Shown in pieces: positions 1-13,294 of a DNA stretch of 64,000 nucleotides. The position numbers were made by a program, and so were the translations under genes. This stretch comes from Octopus sinensis. Its lineage: Eukaryota. The stretch is from contig NC_042997.1 of NCBI RefSeq assembly GCF_006345805.1, positions 177,506,001 through 177,570,000 on the forward strand, written 5' to 3'. The notes under the pieces were generated by a model. It saw only the letters and a list, made by a program, of their open reading frames with translations, was not told where the DNA came from and searched no databases. Positions within the stretch are counted from its first letter, which is position 1; every line of letters starts with the position of its first letter.

Positions 1-51
1 ACTGCGGCCAGTATACTTACTCATTGCATATCACATAATGCATGCAATATT

Positions 52-205
52 TGTGTGGTTAAGAAACTTAATTGCCAACCACATGGTTTTGGGTTCAGTC
101 TCATTACGCGGCACCTTCGTCAATTGTCTTCAACTATAGTGTCTAGCAGACCAATGCCTTATGAGTGAATTTGGTAGACGAAAGCTACGTGGTAGCCCGC
201 CGTAC
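52..205 (+). mobile_element. tRNA-headed SINE family A, degraded 5' half
   Basis: Diverged match to the family A head seen elsewhere in the window (ccaaccacatggtt..gggttcagtc..gaccaatgcctt.tgagtg.atttggtagacg). Confidence 0.7.
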
Positions 206-401
206 ACACATATAAGTTAAAATTAAAACATAAATTTAAAATTTAAAATTTATGTGTTGAGTATGTCCCTGGTTGCATGCCGATAAAGCACGTTCACTGC
301 CTATGGCTGGCTAGCGTCATCCACATTAATTGCACGATTGTCGCTGGATCTACACTAGGAATCCCTCTGGGTATGTTGAGTATTGTTTCTATCATATATA
401 T

Positions 402-806
402 ACTCTTTACTCTTTTACTCTTTTACTTGTTTCAGTCATTTGACTGCGGCCATGCTGGAGCACCACTTTTAGTCGAGCAAATCGATCCCGGGACTTATTT
501 TTTGTAAGCCCAGTACTTATTCTATCGGTCTCTTTTGCCGAACCGCTAAGTGACGGGGATGTAAACACACCAGCATCGGTTGTCAAGCAATGCTAGGGGG
601 ACAAACACAAACACACACACACACATATATATATACATATATACGACAGGCTTCTTTCAGTTTCCGTCTACCAAATCCACTCACAAGGCATTGGTCGGCC
701 CGGGGCTATAGTAGATGACACTTGCCCAAGATGCCACGCAGTGGGACTGAACCCGGAACCATGTGGTTGGTTAGCAAGCTACTTACCACACAGCCACTCC
801 TGCGCC
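402..806 (-). mobile_element. SINE family A, full length
   Basis: Reverse strand reads ggcgcaggagtggctgtgtggtaag head with B-box-like gggttcagtccc, an internal (TA)n/(TG)n tract, and a ...tgactgaaacaagtaaaagag tail. Confidence 0.9.
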
Positions 807-2063
807 TATATATATATATATATATATATATATGCGTGTGTGTGTGGGTATGTGTGTGAGAGAGAGTATACGCGTCTTTGCGTTTGTACCCCACCATCGT
901 TTGACAACTGAGTCTGGTTTTTATTTAAATTTATTTAGAGATTCGGTGAAATGTGATAGAAAAAGTACCAGTCTTCAAAATAAGTACTGGGGTCAACAAG
1001 TTCGACGAACCTTTCAAGGAAGTGCCGAGGCATGTGTGCAATCCAATGGTTTAAGCAAGTAAAAGATAAAAGATGATGTACACATATATATCTGTACTCA
1101 TACACATAATTATGTACTCATACACATATTTATGCATACAGACATATATAGACAGAGTCAACAGATGTGATCCAGAGATGTTCAATATAGAAAACACATT
1201 GTAGATATCAAACGATTTGAACTTACATTCCGAAATCTTTAATGAGGACTAAGTCCGTTGGGTATACAGTTGGGTGAGGGGAATCCAGGTAACCAGCTAT
1301 GGGGATAATCAAGCAAGTAAACAAATACACCGCTCGGGCTTGATATTTAAAATATACGTGCATACATACATACATACATACATACATACATACATACATA
1401 CATACATACATACATACATTCATACACACGCACACACATAAAGAGAAACAAAGATTATTCAGATGATGAACATTTATGTAGAAATATATATAACTACCTA
1501 TATATAAATATATAGGTAGCTATATATTAACAGAGCAAATTTTCAAAAAGAACAAAGACGCAAAAGAACTAAGGGGAGAAGGTATGGTATGGTAGATCCG
1601 ACATTATTACGCAAGTCCGAGCCCCCAGAAACAGCTGTTGGGCCTATAATACCATACCTTCTTTCCTTCGTGTTTTTTCTATCTTTGTACTCTATGAAAG
1701 TTTTTTCTGTTAATAAATTAATATTAATATATTTATATATATTTATATATTTACACATGAATATTCATCGTCTGAATATTTTCAGTCTTTGCTTCATCTA
1801 TATTTGTTTACATCTATATTTTTATGAATATTTTAAATATCTATCGCAAGCAGTTTATTTCAATAATCGACTAATTATCTCTCTCTCTCCCGCCCACACA
1901 CACATACACACTTGTATATATATATTTATACACACTCATATATATGTACTCTTAAGTTCGACGTTGAGCGTCTACTTGCTCGATCTGCTTATTGAATTAA
2001 CGTGCAAAGTAACAGAGTATTCCACATACAAGTGTATCTGTCCCTTTGTCTGACATAGAAGCA

Positions 2064-2103
<40 letters not shown>

Positions 2104-2106
2104 GTA

Positions 2107-2173
<67 letters not shown>
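2064..2173 (+). repeat. (TAA)n microsatellite, first tract of a TAA-targeted insertion array
   Basis: Direct reading. Confidence 0.95.
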
Positions 2174-2175
<2 letters not shown>

Positions 2176-2726
2176 GCCCTAATGCAGTATCAGACAGTTG
2201 CTCTCATGGCTTCAGATCTTAACTGATTGGAAGTGTTATCATGTACATTGTTATGTTTTGGTATAAAAGATGGGCTACAGCAAATATTCTGCTCAATACC
2301 ACAAATTTGCTTGTCATTTGTTTGACCATAACTAGTTGAGCATGTCCCTTAGTGACTGGCGATATGTGCATTTCTGATCATGTGCAGGAGTAGTGGGGGA
2401 GCTTCATAGCCGTGTGTTGAAAGGAATTCTTAGAGGTTTGGATAATTCACCTTCGGAAACATGGGTTCGTTCCACATCTTTAAACAACCTTTATTCAGGG
2501 ACCTTTTGAGCAGGATGGGCTACTCGATCAGAAGAAAATTCCAACTGGGCTCCACCTGCAAGGTCATGCGCTGTTAATCTTGATATGAGATCAACATGTC
2601 ACGCACATATGGTTGTGATGCATGTGCCTTGTGTACCCTTATAAGACTGGTAGTCACGATGGGTATACTGGGCTTCGTATATTTTACCCCAGTGTCACTT
2701 TGATGGCATGCACTGCTCTCTCATTC
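2174..2726 (+). mobile_element. ~550-bp non-coding element flanked by (TAA)n, copy 1
   Basis: Homologous copies at 6769-7254 and 32193-32576. All begin with taaatgc and end ctctc..ttc/atc followed by (AAT)n. Confidence 0.8.
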
Positions 2727-2786
<60 letters not shown>

Positions 2787-5700
2787 CCACAAACATCGAA
2801 AACAAGGACATCTTATGGAGCCAAAGTTTTACTAACAAAGAATCGGACTGTATCCGAGTAAGTAATACAAATTGAAATTTATTACTATTTTCGAAACGAA
2901 ATGATGTATTTTGACTCGATATCATCTCCACCTCTAACGCAACACATGTAAACATGCGTGAAACATCACGATCATCTCCGACCCCAAACACCATGTACAA
3001 AGGAACTACGAAGAAATTAAATGCCACCGATACTATTCAACCCAAGAATAACAATCGAGCGGTACGTACATTAAACCTACAACAAAAAATGTACGAAAAA
3101 CTACACGTGCGAAATAATGTGACAACAGAAATAAACGGACCGGTACCCTACGAAAATGACGACCGTCAAAATAATGGGCCGGACGTTGTACCTCATGTCC
3201 CGCAAATAAAACCCAAAAGACGTAAATGGACACGTGAGGAATACATTTCTATCTTACACGCATACTTCACAGCAGTACTCTACCCAAAAAATGAAAATAC
3301 AACAACACATACATATAAAATATGGAAGGAAAATAATAGAGATTTAGACTTGGATACAGCAATGAACCCTAATAAATTAGCTAACGGACGAAGATACATT
3401 CTCAACACAAAAAAATTATCAGAAATAGAAATAGAACACCTAAAAGAAAACATACACCAGGAAAATGTAGATAGAAGCCACACAACAATGCCCAATAATA
3501 TAAACACTGAAACTGTAAAACACGAAGACAAACGCAACATTCCCAACAAACACGATGTAAACAACGAAGGGGAGCCTAATGATTATGATAATATAAAAAA
3601 TAAAATAACCAAAGAACTGAAAACCACAGAGCTCAAAATGGACCACCGACCATACCTCCCAAGAATCAAAATAAACGAAATAACAACACCTATTATAAAC
3701 AGCATAAACCTAGCCGTCACTGAACTGATAGCCACTGAATAAAAAAAAAAAGTGATATCACTGAGCTAAATAACCTAATATACGCAGCAGCCACTGCAGC
3801 CACAAAAGAAGCTGGATACTCACCCAAACCCGCCCAAACAGGAGTACCACCACCCAAACAAACCCTGTGGATAAATAACATCCAAAGCAAAATAAAAAAA
3901 AATAGAAAAGACCTGTCGATTCTTAATGAAATCAGCAAAGAATCAACGCTACTGAGCAACAAAAAGAGAACAAAAATACTCCGCAAATATAACATCACAG
4001 AAAAAGATTTGCCTGAAATAAAAGAAAAGCTGAAGCAAGATATCCTTGCCAAAGCACAAAGGATCCGCCGGTACAAGAAACGCCAACGCTTCTTTGAAGA
4101 AAACAAAAAGTTCAACTCCAACCCCAAAAAGTTCTACCAAGAACTGGGCAAAAATAAAATAGAAGTCACTGCAGCACCAACGGCAGAAGAATTGGAAGAA
4201 TTCTGGGGAGAAATATGGTCGGCGAACGAACAGCCAAAAAAAAGGAGTATCAAAATAACAAACTCGGCATCTGAACAAATTTGGACCCCCATAACAACTG
4301 AAGAGGTCACCCAGGCACTGCAAAGACTAAGCAACTGGAAGGCACCTGGGCATGACAAGATCCCCAACTTCTGGTTGAAATATCTAACAGGAATGCACAA
4401 AAAGCTGGCTGAAAACTTTAACAACGTACTAGCAGAGCCAGAGGCAATGCCTGAATGGCTCACGAAGGGGAAAACCATCTTAATTCCCAAATCAAATGAA
4501 ACAGAAAAACCAGAAAACTACAGACCAATAACCTGCCTCCCTGCTATGTTCAAGGCATTTACTGCAGTGATATCACAAAGGCTGAACAAGCACCTGGACG
4601 AAAACAAACTGTTCCCAGAAGAGCAGAAAGGATGCCGCAAAGGTTCATATGGCTGTAAAGATCAACTAATGATTAATAAAGCCATAACTGAAGACAGCCA
4701 CAGAAAGAAGAAAGGCCTCAGTATGGCCTGGATTGACTACAAAAAGGCGTTTGATAGCATCCCCCACACATGGATCCTCGAAACACTAGCCATTAACAAA
4801 GTAGCACCAACAATCATAAAATTCATAGAGCACTCTATGAATAAATGGCAAACAGTCCTACACCTCCAAACAAAAGAGGGACTCATGAAAAGCAAAGACA
4901 TCCCCATTAGAAGAGGAATATTCCAGGGAGATACGCTCTCTCCACTCCTTTTCTGCTTGGCACTGTCACCTCTATCTGATATGCTAAATAGAACTGGATG
5001 CGGATATAAATGTTACGGCAAAACGATCAGCCACCTTTTATATATGGATGACCTAAAACTATACGCTGCAAATGACAAACAGCTGGAAACACTATTAAAG
5101 ACAGTTCATGGATTTACCAAAGAAATAGATATGAAATTTGGATTAGAAAAATGCGCCAAAGTAACCATGAAAAGAGGAAAACTAGTTAAGAGTAACAACA
5201 TCACACTAGATGAAGCAAATGAAATAAAAGAATTAGACCAAAGCCAAACTTACAAATACTTAGGAATCCATGAACTAGATAAGACACAACACACACAAAT
5301 GAAAGAGAAAATAAAAAAGAATATTATAGACGAGTTAGATCAATACTAAACACAGAGCTCAATGCTAAAAACAAGATAATAGGTATCAACACTTTAGCTG
5401 TCCCAGTTATAAGTTACAGCTACAATATCCTTAACTGGACACGAAATGAACTGACCAAAATAGACAGGAAAACAAGAAAAATAATGACAGGATCTAGGAT
5501 GCATCACCCAAAATCTGACATAGAAAGACTATATATACAACGTATAGAAGGTGGTAGAGGCCTTATACAGCTGGAAAACTACTATAAAATAACCACCATA
5601 GGACTGCAAAAATATCTACTTCAGAAGGAAGGAAAACTGATCCAGATAGCGGCAAAACACGAGCAAAACAAAAAACTGTTCTCAGTATTTAAGGAAGCTG

Positions 5701-6697
5701 ACAAATACAAACAAGAAATCATACCACCTAATAAACATGAAGAAGAAGAAGAAGATGAAGAAACAACAAAAGCTATAAAAAAATGAAATCCAAACTAAAA
5801 ATAGAACAGCAACGAACCATGATAAAACGATGGCAAGAAAAGCCCCTTCATGGTAAATACTGGACTAAACTAAACGCAAAAGAAATAGACAAAGAAAAAT
5901 CCCAGCAATGGTTAAGAAGCTCAGGACTCAAAGCAGAAACAGAGGGATTTTTAATTGCAGCACAAGACCAAAGCCTCCCCACCAGAAATTACCAAAGACA
6001 TGTAATGAAAAGAAATATTACAAGTAACTGCAGAATATGTGGAGATGGACAAGAAACAATAAATCATATTATCTCTAGCTGCCCAGTCCTGGCTAAGAAG
6101 GAATATATTCACAGACATGACAGAGTTGGAACTTACATACATTGGAAGCTATGCCAACATTATGGAATAACAACAGAAAAAAGATGGTATAGGCACACAC
6201 CAGAAAAGGTCACAGAAAACGAGAAAGCAACCATACTCTGGGATATGCCGATACACACAGATAGAGAAATTAAGGCCAACAGACCAGATATAGTTGTCAG
6301 AGATCATGAAGAAAAAAAATGCTTTCTAATTGATGTATCAGTACCGGCAGATGACAACGTGTCTCTAAAAGAAATGGAGAAACTCTCAAAATACAAAGAC
6401 CTGGAAATAGAGGTAACTAGAATGTGGAATCTGAAAACAGAAACAATTCCTATCATAGTAGGTGCATTAGGCATGATAAAAAAATATTCAGACAAATACA
6501 TAACAAAATACCAGGACTTACAAACACATATAACATACAGAAAATTGCACTACTAGGCACTGCACACATCCTACGCAGAACAATTTCCATACAATAACCA
6601 TCAGAGCATCACAACAAATCACAGCACATACCCAAGGCACACAGAGCTGCGCTCGGTAGTGAACTGAAAGCACGCTATAAAAATAAAAATAAAACTA

Positions 6698-6700
<3 letters not shown>
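2787..6700 (+). mobile_element. R4/Dong-clade non-LTR retrotransposon (RT plus restriction-like endonuclease), apparently full length, inserted in (TAA)n
   Basis: Bounded by (TAA)n at 2727-2786 and 6701-6768. Carries RT and RLE motifs and a short 3' UTR. Confidence 0.92.
2954..6597 (+). CDS. Dong/R4-like polyprotein of about 1210 aa, broken by four frameshifts in A-runs
   Basis: N-terminal Myb-like RRKWTREEY; RT motifs KAPGHDKI, NYRPITCL, WIDYKKAFDSIPH, GIFQGDTLSP and LLYMDDLK; CCHC knuckle CRICG..ETINHIISSC; RLE motif NRPDIVV..LIDVSVP..EKLSKY; C-terminal LGTAHILRR. The frames join at about 3745, 5315, 5780 and 6507. Confidence 0.88.
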
Positions 6701-6761
<61 letters not shown>

Positions 6762-6768
6762 GTAATAA

Positions 6769-7254
6769 ATGCCCTGATGCACACCAGGCGCTGACTCTCA
6801 TGGCTTAACTGATTGGAAGTGTTATCATGTACATATTTTGTCTTGGTGTAAAACATGGGCTACAGCAAATATTCTGCTCAATACCACATATTTTCTTGTC
6901 AGTTGTTTGACCTTAACCTGTTGAGTATCTCCCTTGCGTCTCTGATCACGAGCAGAAGTAGTGGATGAGTACCATAGTCATGTGTTGACAGAGATTCTTT
7001 GGGGTTTGAATAACACACCTCTGGAAAGATGGGTGTTTCGTTCAACACCCTTAAGCAACCCTTATTCAGGAACCTTTTGAGCGGTATAAGCTACTCGACC
7101 TGAAGAAAATTCTAACTGAGCCCCATTTGCAAGGTCATGCGCTATTTAACTTGATATTAAATCTCTTATCAGACGAGTAGTCATGATGAGTAAATTGGGC
7201 TTCATATATTTGTACCCCAGTATCACTGTGATGGTATGCGCTGTTCTCTCATTC
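6769..7254 (+). mobile_element. TAA-flanked non-coding element, copy 2
   Basis: Collinear with 2174-2726, with the same 5' start and the same 3' end into (AAT)n. Confidence 0.8.
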
Positions 7255-8647
7255 AATAATAATAATAATGAATAGATGAAGGAGCAGGCCTGCAACTTCA
7301 GATTCTTCAACCACTCACGAACTTATACGATTTCATCCGATCTCATCCAGAAGCACCAACTCCAGTATAGAAAATATAAATATAGACTGTAATGTCTAAT
7401 AAACTTAGTTTTGGTTATCAGATATTTTAAAGGTTGGATTTGTTTATAACTGAAACTACTTTGCAAGTGTAACGCGTAAGAACATGTTAACTACCATGCA
7501 GTCAATAATGGTACCTTGGCCAACTATGAATATCAACCAAATCTCCGAAATCACACCGACTTAAAAAAAGGAAGGATTCGGGGGATAATGTGATCTGTAA
7601 TACACTAAATGTAAAAACAATGATTCTTGATCATAGATCTGTTTAATTAAGGATAGCCTAACATTTGACACCAACAACAATTATTACCGTATATGATTTT
7701 CCTCAAAAACATGTTTGAAAAAATCACCTTGTGTCGTATATGTAAATTTGGACTCCCCAAATGCTAATTTGCCGCCGATGCTCTCCTTTTCTCTGAGTAT
7801 GCGCTGCTGATACTGAATGTCTGAATGTTTATTATACGCCTGTACCATTTATACCATCAAATACGGTAGTACTAGCTAAGAAAATAGCTTTTATTTGGTC
7901 ACTCAACCTGCTAAAAATGGTAACTAAATTTAGCTCAAATCCTTATCTATTGTCTTAAAAAACAAAACGTATACATTAGTTAAAAGTGATCCTAGATAAA
8001 ATGTAAGAAAAAGAAGAAACGACTGGAGGGACAGGGTTACGTGCATGTTGATCATTGGCTTACAGGCTGAGGCTGACCCGAGGTTAAACAACACAACTAA
8101 CAATAAAGGAATTTTTAATTACCAACTGAAGCCAATTTTAATTGCCTCACATAACAAACTTAATCTATGTATCACTAAACACTATGGAAACACCACAGGC
8201 AATATAACGCTTATGTTTATTTTCTGTATATAGTTTCTTCATAAGATTTATGTTCATATAACAAAGATATAAAGTTTTTTTCGACAGTCGTGTAAGGGAC
8301 AAGCGAGATTAAATCAATACTGAAATCGTTTGATTGTCTTGATTAGTAGATAAAAATAAGAAAGGGGGAAAAAATTATATATTTTCTCTCTTTCAGTCTT
8401 TTGTTTTGCTAAAACTCAAGAATTAAGGTTAATTAGAATATTCGAACATCTGTTTTGCCAGTTTTTGTTCTGTGTTTTTACAAAGGGATCTAAAATAAAA
8501 GGCTTCTGAAACAAACTGTCCGCAAAAATTGAATTCACCTTCTATCAGCTAATTAACCTCTCTATTTTTCTGTCTGTTTGTCTGTCTGTTCCTTGCCTTC
8601 TTCTCTGTCGGTTTGTCTATCACTCCCTCTTTCTTTTGTCTACTCGT

Positions 8648-8787
<140 letters not shown>

Positions 8788-8814
8788 CTCTCACACACAC
8801 ACACTCTCTCTCTC

Positions 8815-9357
8815 TGTATTGAAGGCATGGCTGCTCTCGATTATTGGGATCGCCTTAAAACCTTGAAACTTTACTCCCTCCAGCGTCGCCGTGAGCGGTA
8901 CATCATTTGTACGATGTGGAAAATATACCGCCAACTTTGCCCAAACGACCTAAACATTAGCTTCAAGGTCCATCCAAGATTTGGACCACGGGCTATACGT
9001 CCCCTGCCAAATTCAAGATCACAACATACATGTACACTGCAACATAATTTCTTTTCCTCAACAGGCCCTGCCCTATTTAACATTGTCCCGAGGGAGATCA
9101 AAGAGGAAAAGGATCCCATCAACTTTAAACAGAGTCTGGATAGATTCCTTCAAAGAATACCAGATAAGCCACCCATAATTGGATACAACTCACCCAACAA
9201 GAACTCACTACTTGAACAAAACTGGATACAACTCACCCAACAAGAACTCACTACTTGAACAAAACTTGACTTAAACAAGATTCGAATAATCCTATCAGGT
9301 GGTGCTATTAAGTTAGACATGGCCTGGACCAATCTCTGGTCGAAACATATCAAAGTT
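8815..9357 (+). mobile_element. 5'-truncated CR1-group LINE 3' end
   Basis: Translation [47 protein letters not shown] is typical of CR1-group ORF2 C-termini. The 3' end has a gacc-loop-ggtc stem-loop and runs into (TA)n. Confidence 0.8.
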
Positions 9358-9651
<294 letters not shown>

Positions 9652-9652
<1 letters not shown>

Positions 9653-10501
9653 ATAGCGTTTCCCAGAAGTCACTGATGGGTTTCAATTTTTAATTACAGA
9701 TGCAGGAAATTTTATTACAATATACAGAACATAATGGAAGTTAATATGCTCAAGTCAAATTTTGCAACACTACTATATCACAAATGAAAACATGACATCG
9801 CCTAAATGGTAGCCATTTTCGGCTTCACATGCCTCTGCTCTTTCCAAAACTTGCACCATAACACCCTCAAGAGTTTCAGACCTCACTTCTTTCAGTTGCA
9901 TTAGGGTCTCCGGTTTGTTGACGTAAATCCTGTCTTTCAGGTATCCCCACAAGAAAAATCTGGGCTAGTCGAGTCTGGGGGGATGTGAATGTCATTCAAA
10001 GTAGACCTCACACATGGTTCCATGAAGGTCGAACAACTTCTTATACCGCAAGAGAAACAATACAGTTGTTACGGCAGTGCTTTGGCAAGAGAATAATCTC
10101 CCGCTATGGCAATGTCAACTGGCCTTCCCGTTCCCAGGCTTGACTAAGCCGAATTTTTTTCTTGTGGGAACACCTTAAAGAGAGTTTATGTCAACAAACT
10201 GGAGACCCTGGTGCGACTGAAGGAGAACATCAATCGAGAAATCAGAGAAGTGGGGTCTGAAATTCTTGTGGGTGTTATGGTGTAAGTTCTGGAAAGAGCA
10301 TGGGCGTGAGAAACAGAAAATGGCTGCCATTTAAACGATGTCGTTTTTCATATGTGTTGTAGTGGTGTTACAAAATGTTACTTGTGCGTATTAACTTCCA
10401 TTATGTCCCTTATATTGTTTCAAAATTTCATGCATTTATTTGTAAAGTTGAAGAAATTAATAAAAATTGAAACCCATCAGTGACATTTGGAACGCCCTGT
10501 A
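9652..10501. mobile_element. Foldback non-autonomous Tc1/mariner (rosa/DD41D-like) element made of two transposase 3' ends
   Basis: Terminal inverted repeats (TIRs): gtcactgatgggtttcaattttt and aaaaattgaaacccatcagtgac..ccctgta. The minus arm encodes FLWGYLKDRIYVNKPETL; the plus arm encodes TARETIQLLRQCFGKRIISRYGNVNWPSRS. Confidence 0.8.
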
Positions 10502-11486
10502 TTTGATGGTTGTAAATTCGTGTTCGAATTTTACCATCGCCTGATCGAAAGTCCCACACATGCGAAGGCAAAGATAACCCATTTTTCTGATAGGTTTTAC
10601 TCTTGTCAAGCGATGCCTGCGCATGATGATTTTTTTTTATAGGGGAGAAAGGAATTGCACTAATATACACTCATAAGTGAGTGGACAAACGAAAGAAAGG
10701 ATCAACACATTTGGTAGGACTACATATATTATTATTTAACAACAGTTTGATATTTGATTCAGCTCCATATAACTTAGACTTTCGGAGGATCATCACACAA
10801 ACATAGCTCAACAGGCTTACAACAGCTAGGTTCGAGCATGGAGATTAATCACACTGGTTATTAAATTCTAAGATGTCTATATATACATATATATATTATA
10901 TTTGTGTGTTAATATCGATGAAACATCCATTATATAACTAAGATTATGAAACAGCATTAAACGTATGGAATAAGTATCTACTCTCTCACATCACTTCTCT
11001 TATTGGTTCTGTATTCTTATACACACACACGCACGCACGCACACTCACGCGCGCATACACACACAGACAGATGATAGATATATAGATATACACAAATATA
11101 TTGCATGTTATACATTATTTATATGCGTGTGAGTGCGTTAGTGAGTATGTGTGTAATTTGGTGATTATAGAAATAAATACATCGGAAATTTCATTGCTTT
11201 TGTGCAAAGTAGCTGTCGGAGGGCTCAACGGGTATAGTAGTGGTAATGGTGGTGGTGGTGATGATGATAGTGATTGTGGTGGTGGTGGTAGTGGCGGTGG
11301 TGGTTGTGGTGGTAGTGGTGGTGCTTGTAAGAATTAGGCTTAGAGCAAGATCCATATAATCATATATATAAGCACATTTAAAAGGAAAGGCATCTACATG
11401 TAAAATCGATCCTACATAAAAACATACTTGCATACAAACATACAGACATACAAACATACATATATGCATACATATATATATACATA

Positions 11487-12336
11487 AGATGTCAATATAA
11501 AGGTAAAAATTGGCGTAGAAGAAAACAAGTACGCTGAGCTATTGAGAAATTTGCGGCTACTGCACCGGTACACAAGTTCAGATTTATACCCGTAATTATT
11601 GGAGCACAGAGATATGTAACAAATTGCTTCAGCATAAATCTTGAGAAATTAGGGTTCTCAAAACAAAAAAAAAATGAAAGCTAATTAGAAAGCTAATTGT
11701 ATGTGGCACCACACATACAAGCCATCAACGGAACGGTCAAAATTTGTGAAACTTTTCAAAAGTTTAGCATATACGTACATAGGTTTATGTCTAGACATAT
11801 AACTATATGTATAAGTGCTGAGACCCCCTTCGGACATGACTGACCATGAGATTGCACCTAGAAAGTTACCCTCCCAGGCACAAGTCCGAGCAAGGTTGTT
11901 TATGGAAGACCAGCAGTCGCCCATGCATACCGGCCTCCCCTATCCACGCCACCAGTGTTATCGGAGGGAATGGCAAGGGCCGATACAGCTTGGCACCTAT
12001 GATGTCGCAACTCATTTCTACAGCTGAGTGAACTGGAGCAACGTAAAATAAAGTGTCTTGCTCAAGGAAACAACACGCAGCCCGGTCCGGGATTCGAACT
12101 CACAACCTCACGATCGTAAGCGCGACGCTCTAACCGATAAGCCATGCGCCTTTACATGTATAAGTACACATACATAAAACAAAACATACAGAACTCCTCT
12201 TGTGCTGACTCCAAACATTGGTCACATACATACATATATCCACGGCTCTTTATAATGGAAGAGGTTTGGATGTAGGTTACAAAATGGCTCTTTCTCTTTT
12301 GACAAGAAAAATAATTTAAAATAAGCTAAATGAACG
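11487..12336 (+). mobile_element. 5'-truncated RLE retrotransposon (CATA-associated family), interrupted by a SINE
   Basis: Homologous to 26361-27128 (ENKYAELLRNL..FRFIPVIIGA). Shares the ~120-bp 3' terminus at 12250-12336, which ends in catacata. Confidence 0.7.
11817..12150 (-). mobile_element. tRNA-headed SINE family D
   Basis: Head ggcgcatggcttatcggttagagc with B-box gagttcgaatccc. Apparent target-site duplication (TSD) atgtataagt at 11807-11816 and 12156-12165. A second copy lies at 38291-38560. Confidence 0.85.
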
Positions 12337-12651
12337 CATACATATTGTATGTTTGTTTTCGTTCGGGTTCCTTGTATGTCTCCACTGTCCTGTATTTGTT
12401 CCCAAATGTGACCCACCATAAAATCCAAAATTTATTTTGGAAGTTATGGGAGCAACTGTCTTCAAAGACTCATATTGCGGTTGAATGCTCGAAATGAGGA
12501 GGAGATAGACAGCCGACAACTGATGAAGGGTTGTTCTTTATGCTGCTTGTCCAGTTTTCATTTTTTTTCTCTCGTTGTTTGCGTTTTTAACTCGCTTGTT
12601 CTCGTACATCATGTTGTTCACAGTTGGTGACGTCCTGTACCCCCTAATCGC

Positions 12652-12684
<33 letters not shown>

Positions 12685-12727
12685 TGTATAATATATATAT
12701 ATATTATATATATATTATATATATATT

Positions 12728-12779
<52 letters not shown>

Positions 12780-12780
12780 A

Positions 12781-12970
12781 ATGTTAAAGACTTTTTCACT
12801 TCCCGAGCGTTAAACTAATACATCTGATTGTTGTGTTTCTGTGATCCTGTCTGTGGAAGAGCGTAGGCTCGAAAGGTTAAAGTATTTTTCACTTCCCGTG
12901 TGTTAACCTAATACATCTGTTTATTGTCTACACCACCTGTCCTCGTCTTTTTTTTTGTAAATTCTTCCTC
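12781..12970 (+). mobile_element. PLE pseudo-LTR-like fragment with a partial direct repeat and a variant HHR-like motif at 12851-12882
   Basis: ctgtgga-a-gagc-gtag-gctc-gaaag-gtt. The same family occurs at 13295-13477 (-) and 57120-57255 (+). Confidence 0.55.
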
Positions 12971-13081
12971 TATATATATGTGTATACACACACACACATA
13001 CACAAACTTTGGGTATGAATAAAGATGCGTTGAATCATTCATTATATATATATATATATACACACATTATTTAGAATAGGC

Positions 13082-13195
13082 GGATAGGTGTCCTCATCTT
13101 GTCTGTTGTTATCACAACGTTTCGGCTGACGTACTCATCAACCTTCATCAGCGGAAACGTTGTGATAACAACAAACAAGATAAAGACACCTATCC
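13082..13195 (-). ncRNA. Hairpin with ~42-bp arms containing an HHR core (PLE inversion junction)
   Basis: Minus strand: CUGAUGA-a-GGUUGAUG-agua-CGUCAGCC-GAAAC-GUU. Helix I is disrupted by the inversion. Confidence 0.55.
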
Positions 13196-13294
13196 ATCCA
13201 TTGTAAATAATGTACATATTTCCTCATTTTAAAAATATAGAATAATATATGTCTATGTATAAAAATATCAATGTATGTATATATATATATATAT

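Noticed and set aside
1240-1262. ttaatga-GGAC-taa-GTCC-gttg as an HHR
   Set aside because: Only helix II fits; both the CUGA and GAAA core segments are absent.
1575-1665. GAAAC-AGCU-GUU palindrome inside a short inverted repeat
   Set aside because: No CUGANGA upstream. It could be a decayed pseudo-LTR, but I cannot support that.
9318-9352. gacc-loop-ggtc-GAAAC at the CR1 3' end as an HHR
   Set aside because: No CUGANGA; better explained as the LINE 3' recognition stem-loop.
12515-12565. ctgatgaagggttgttcttt.. as an HHR
   Set aside because: No GAAA segment, and helix I does not close.
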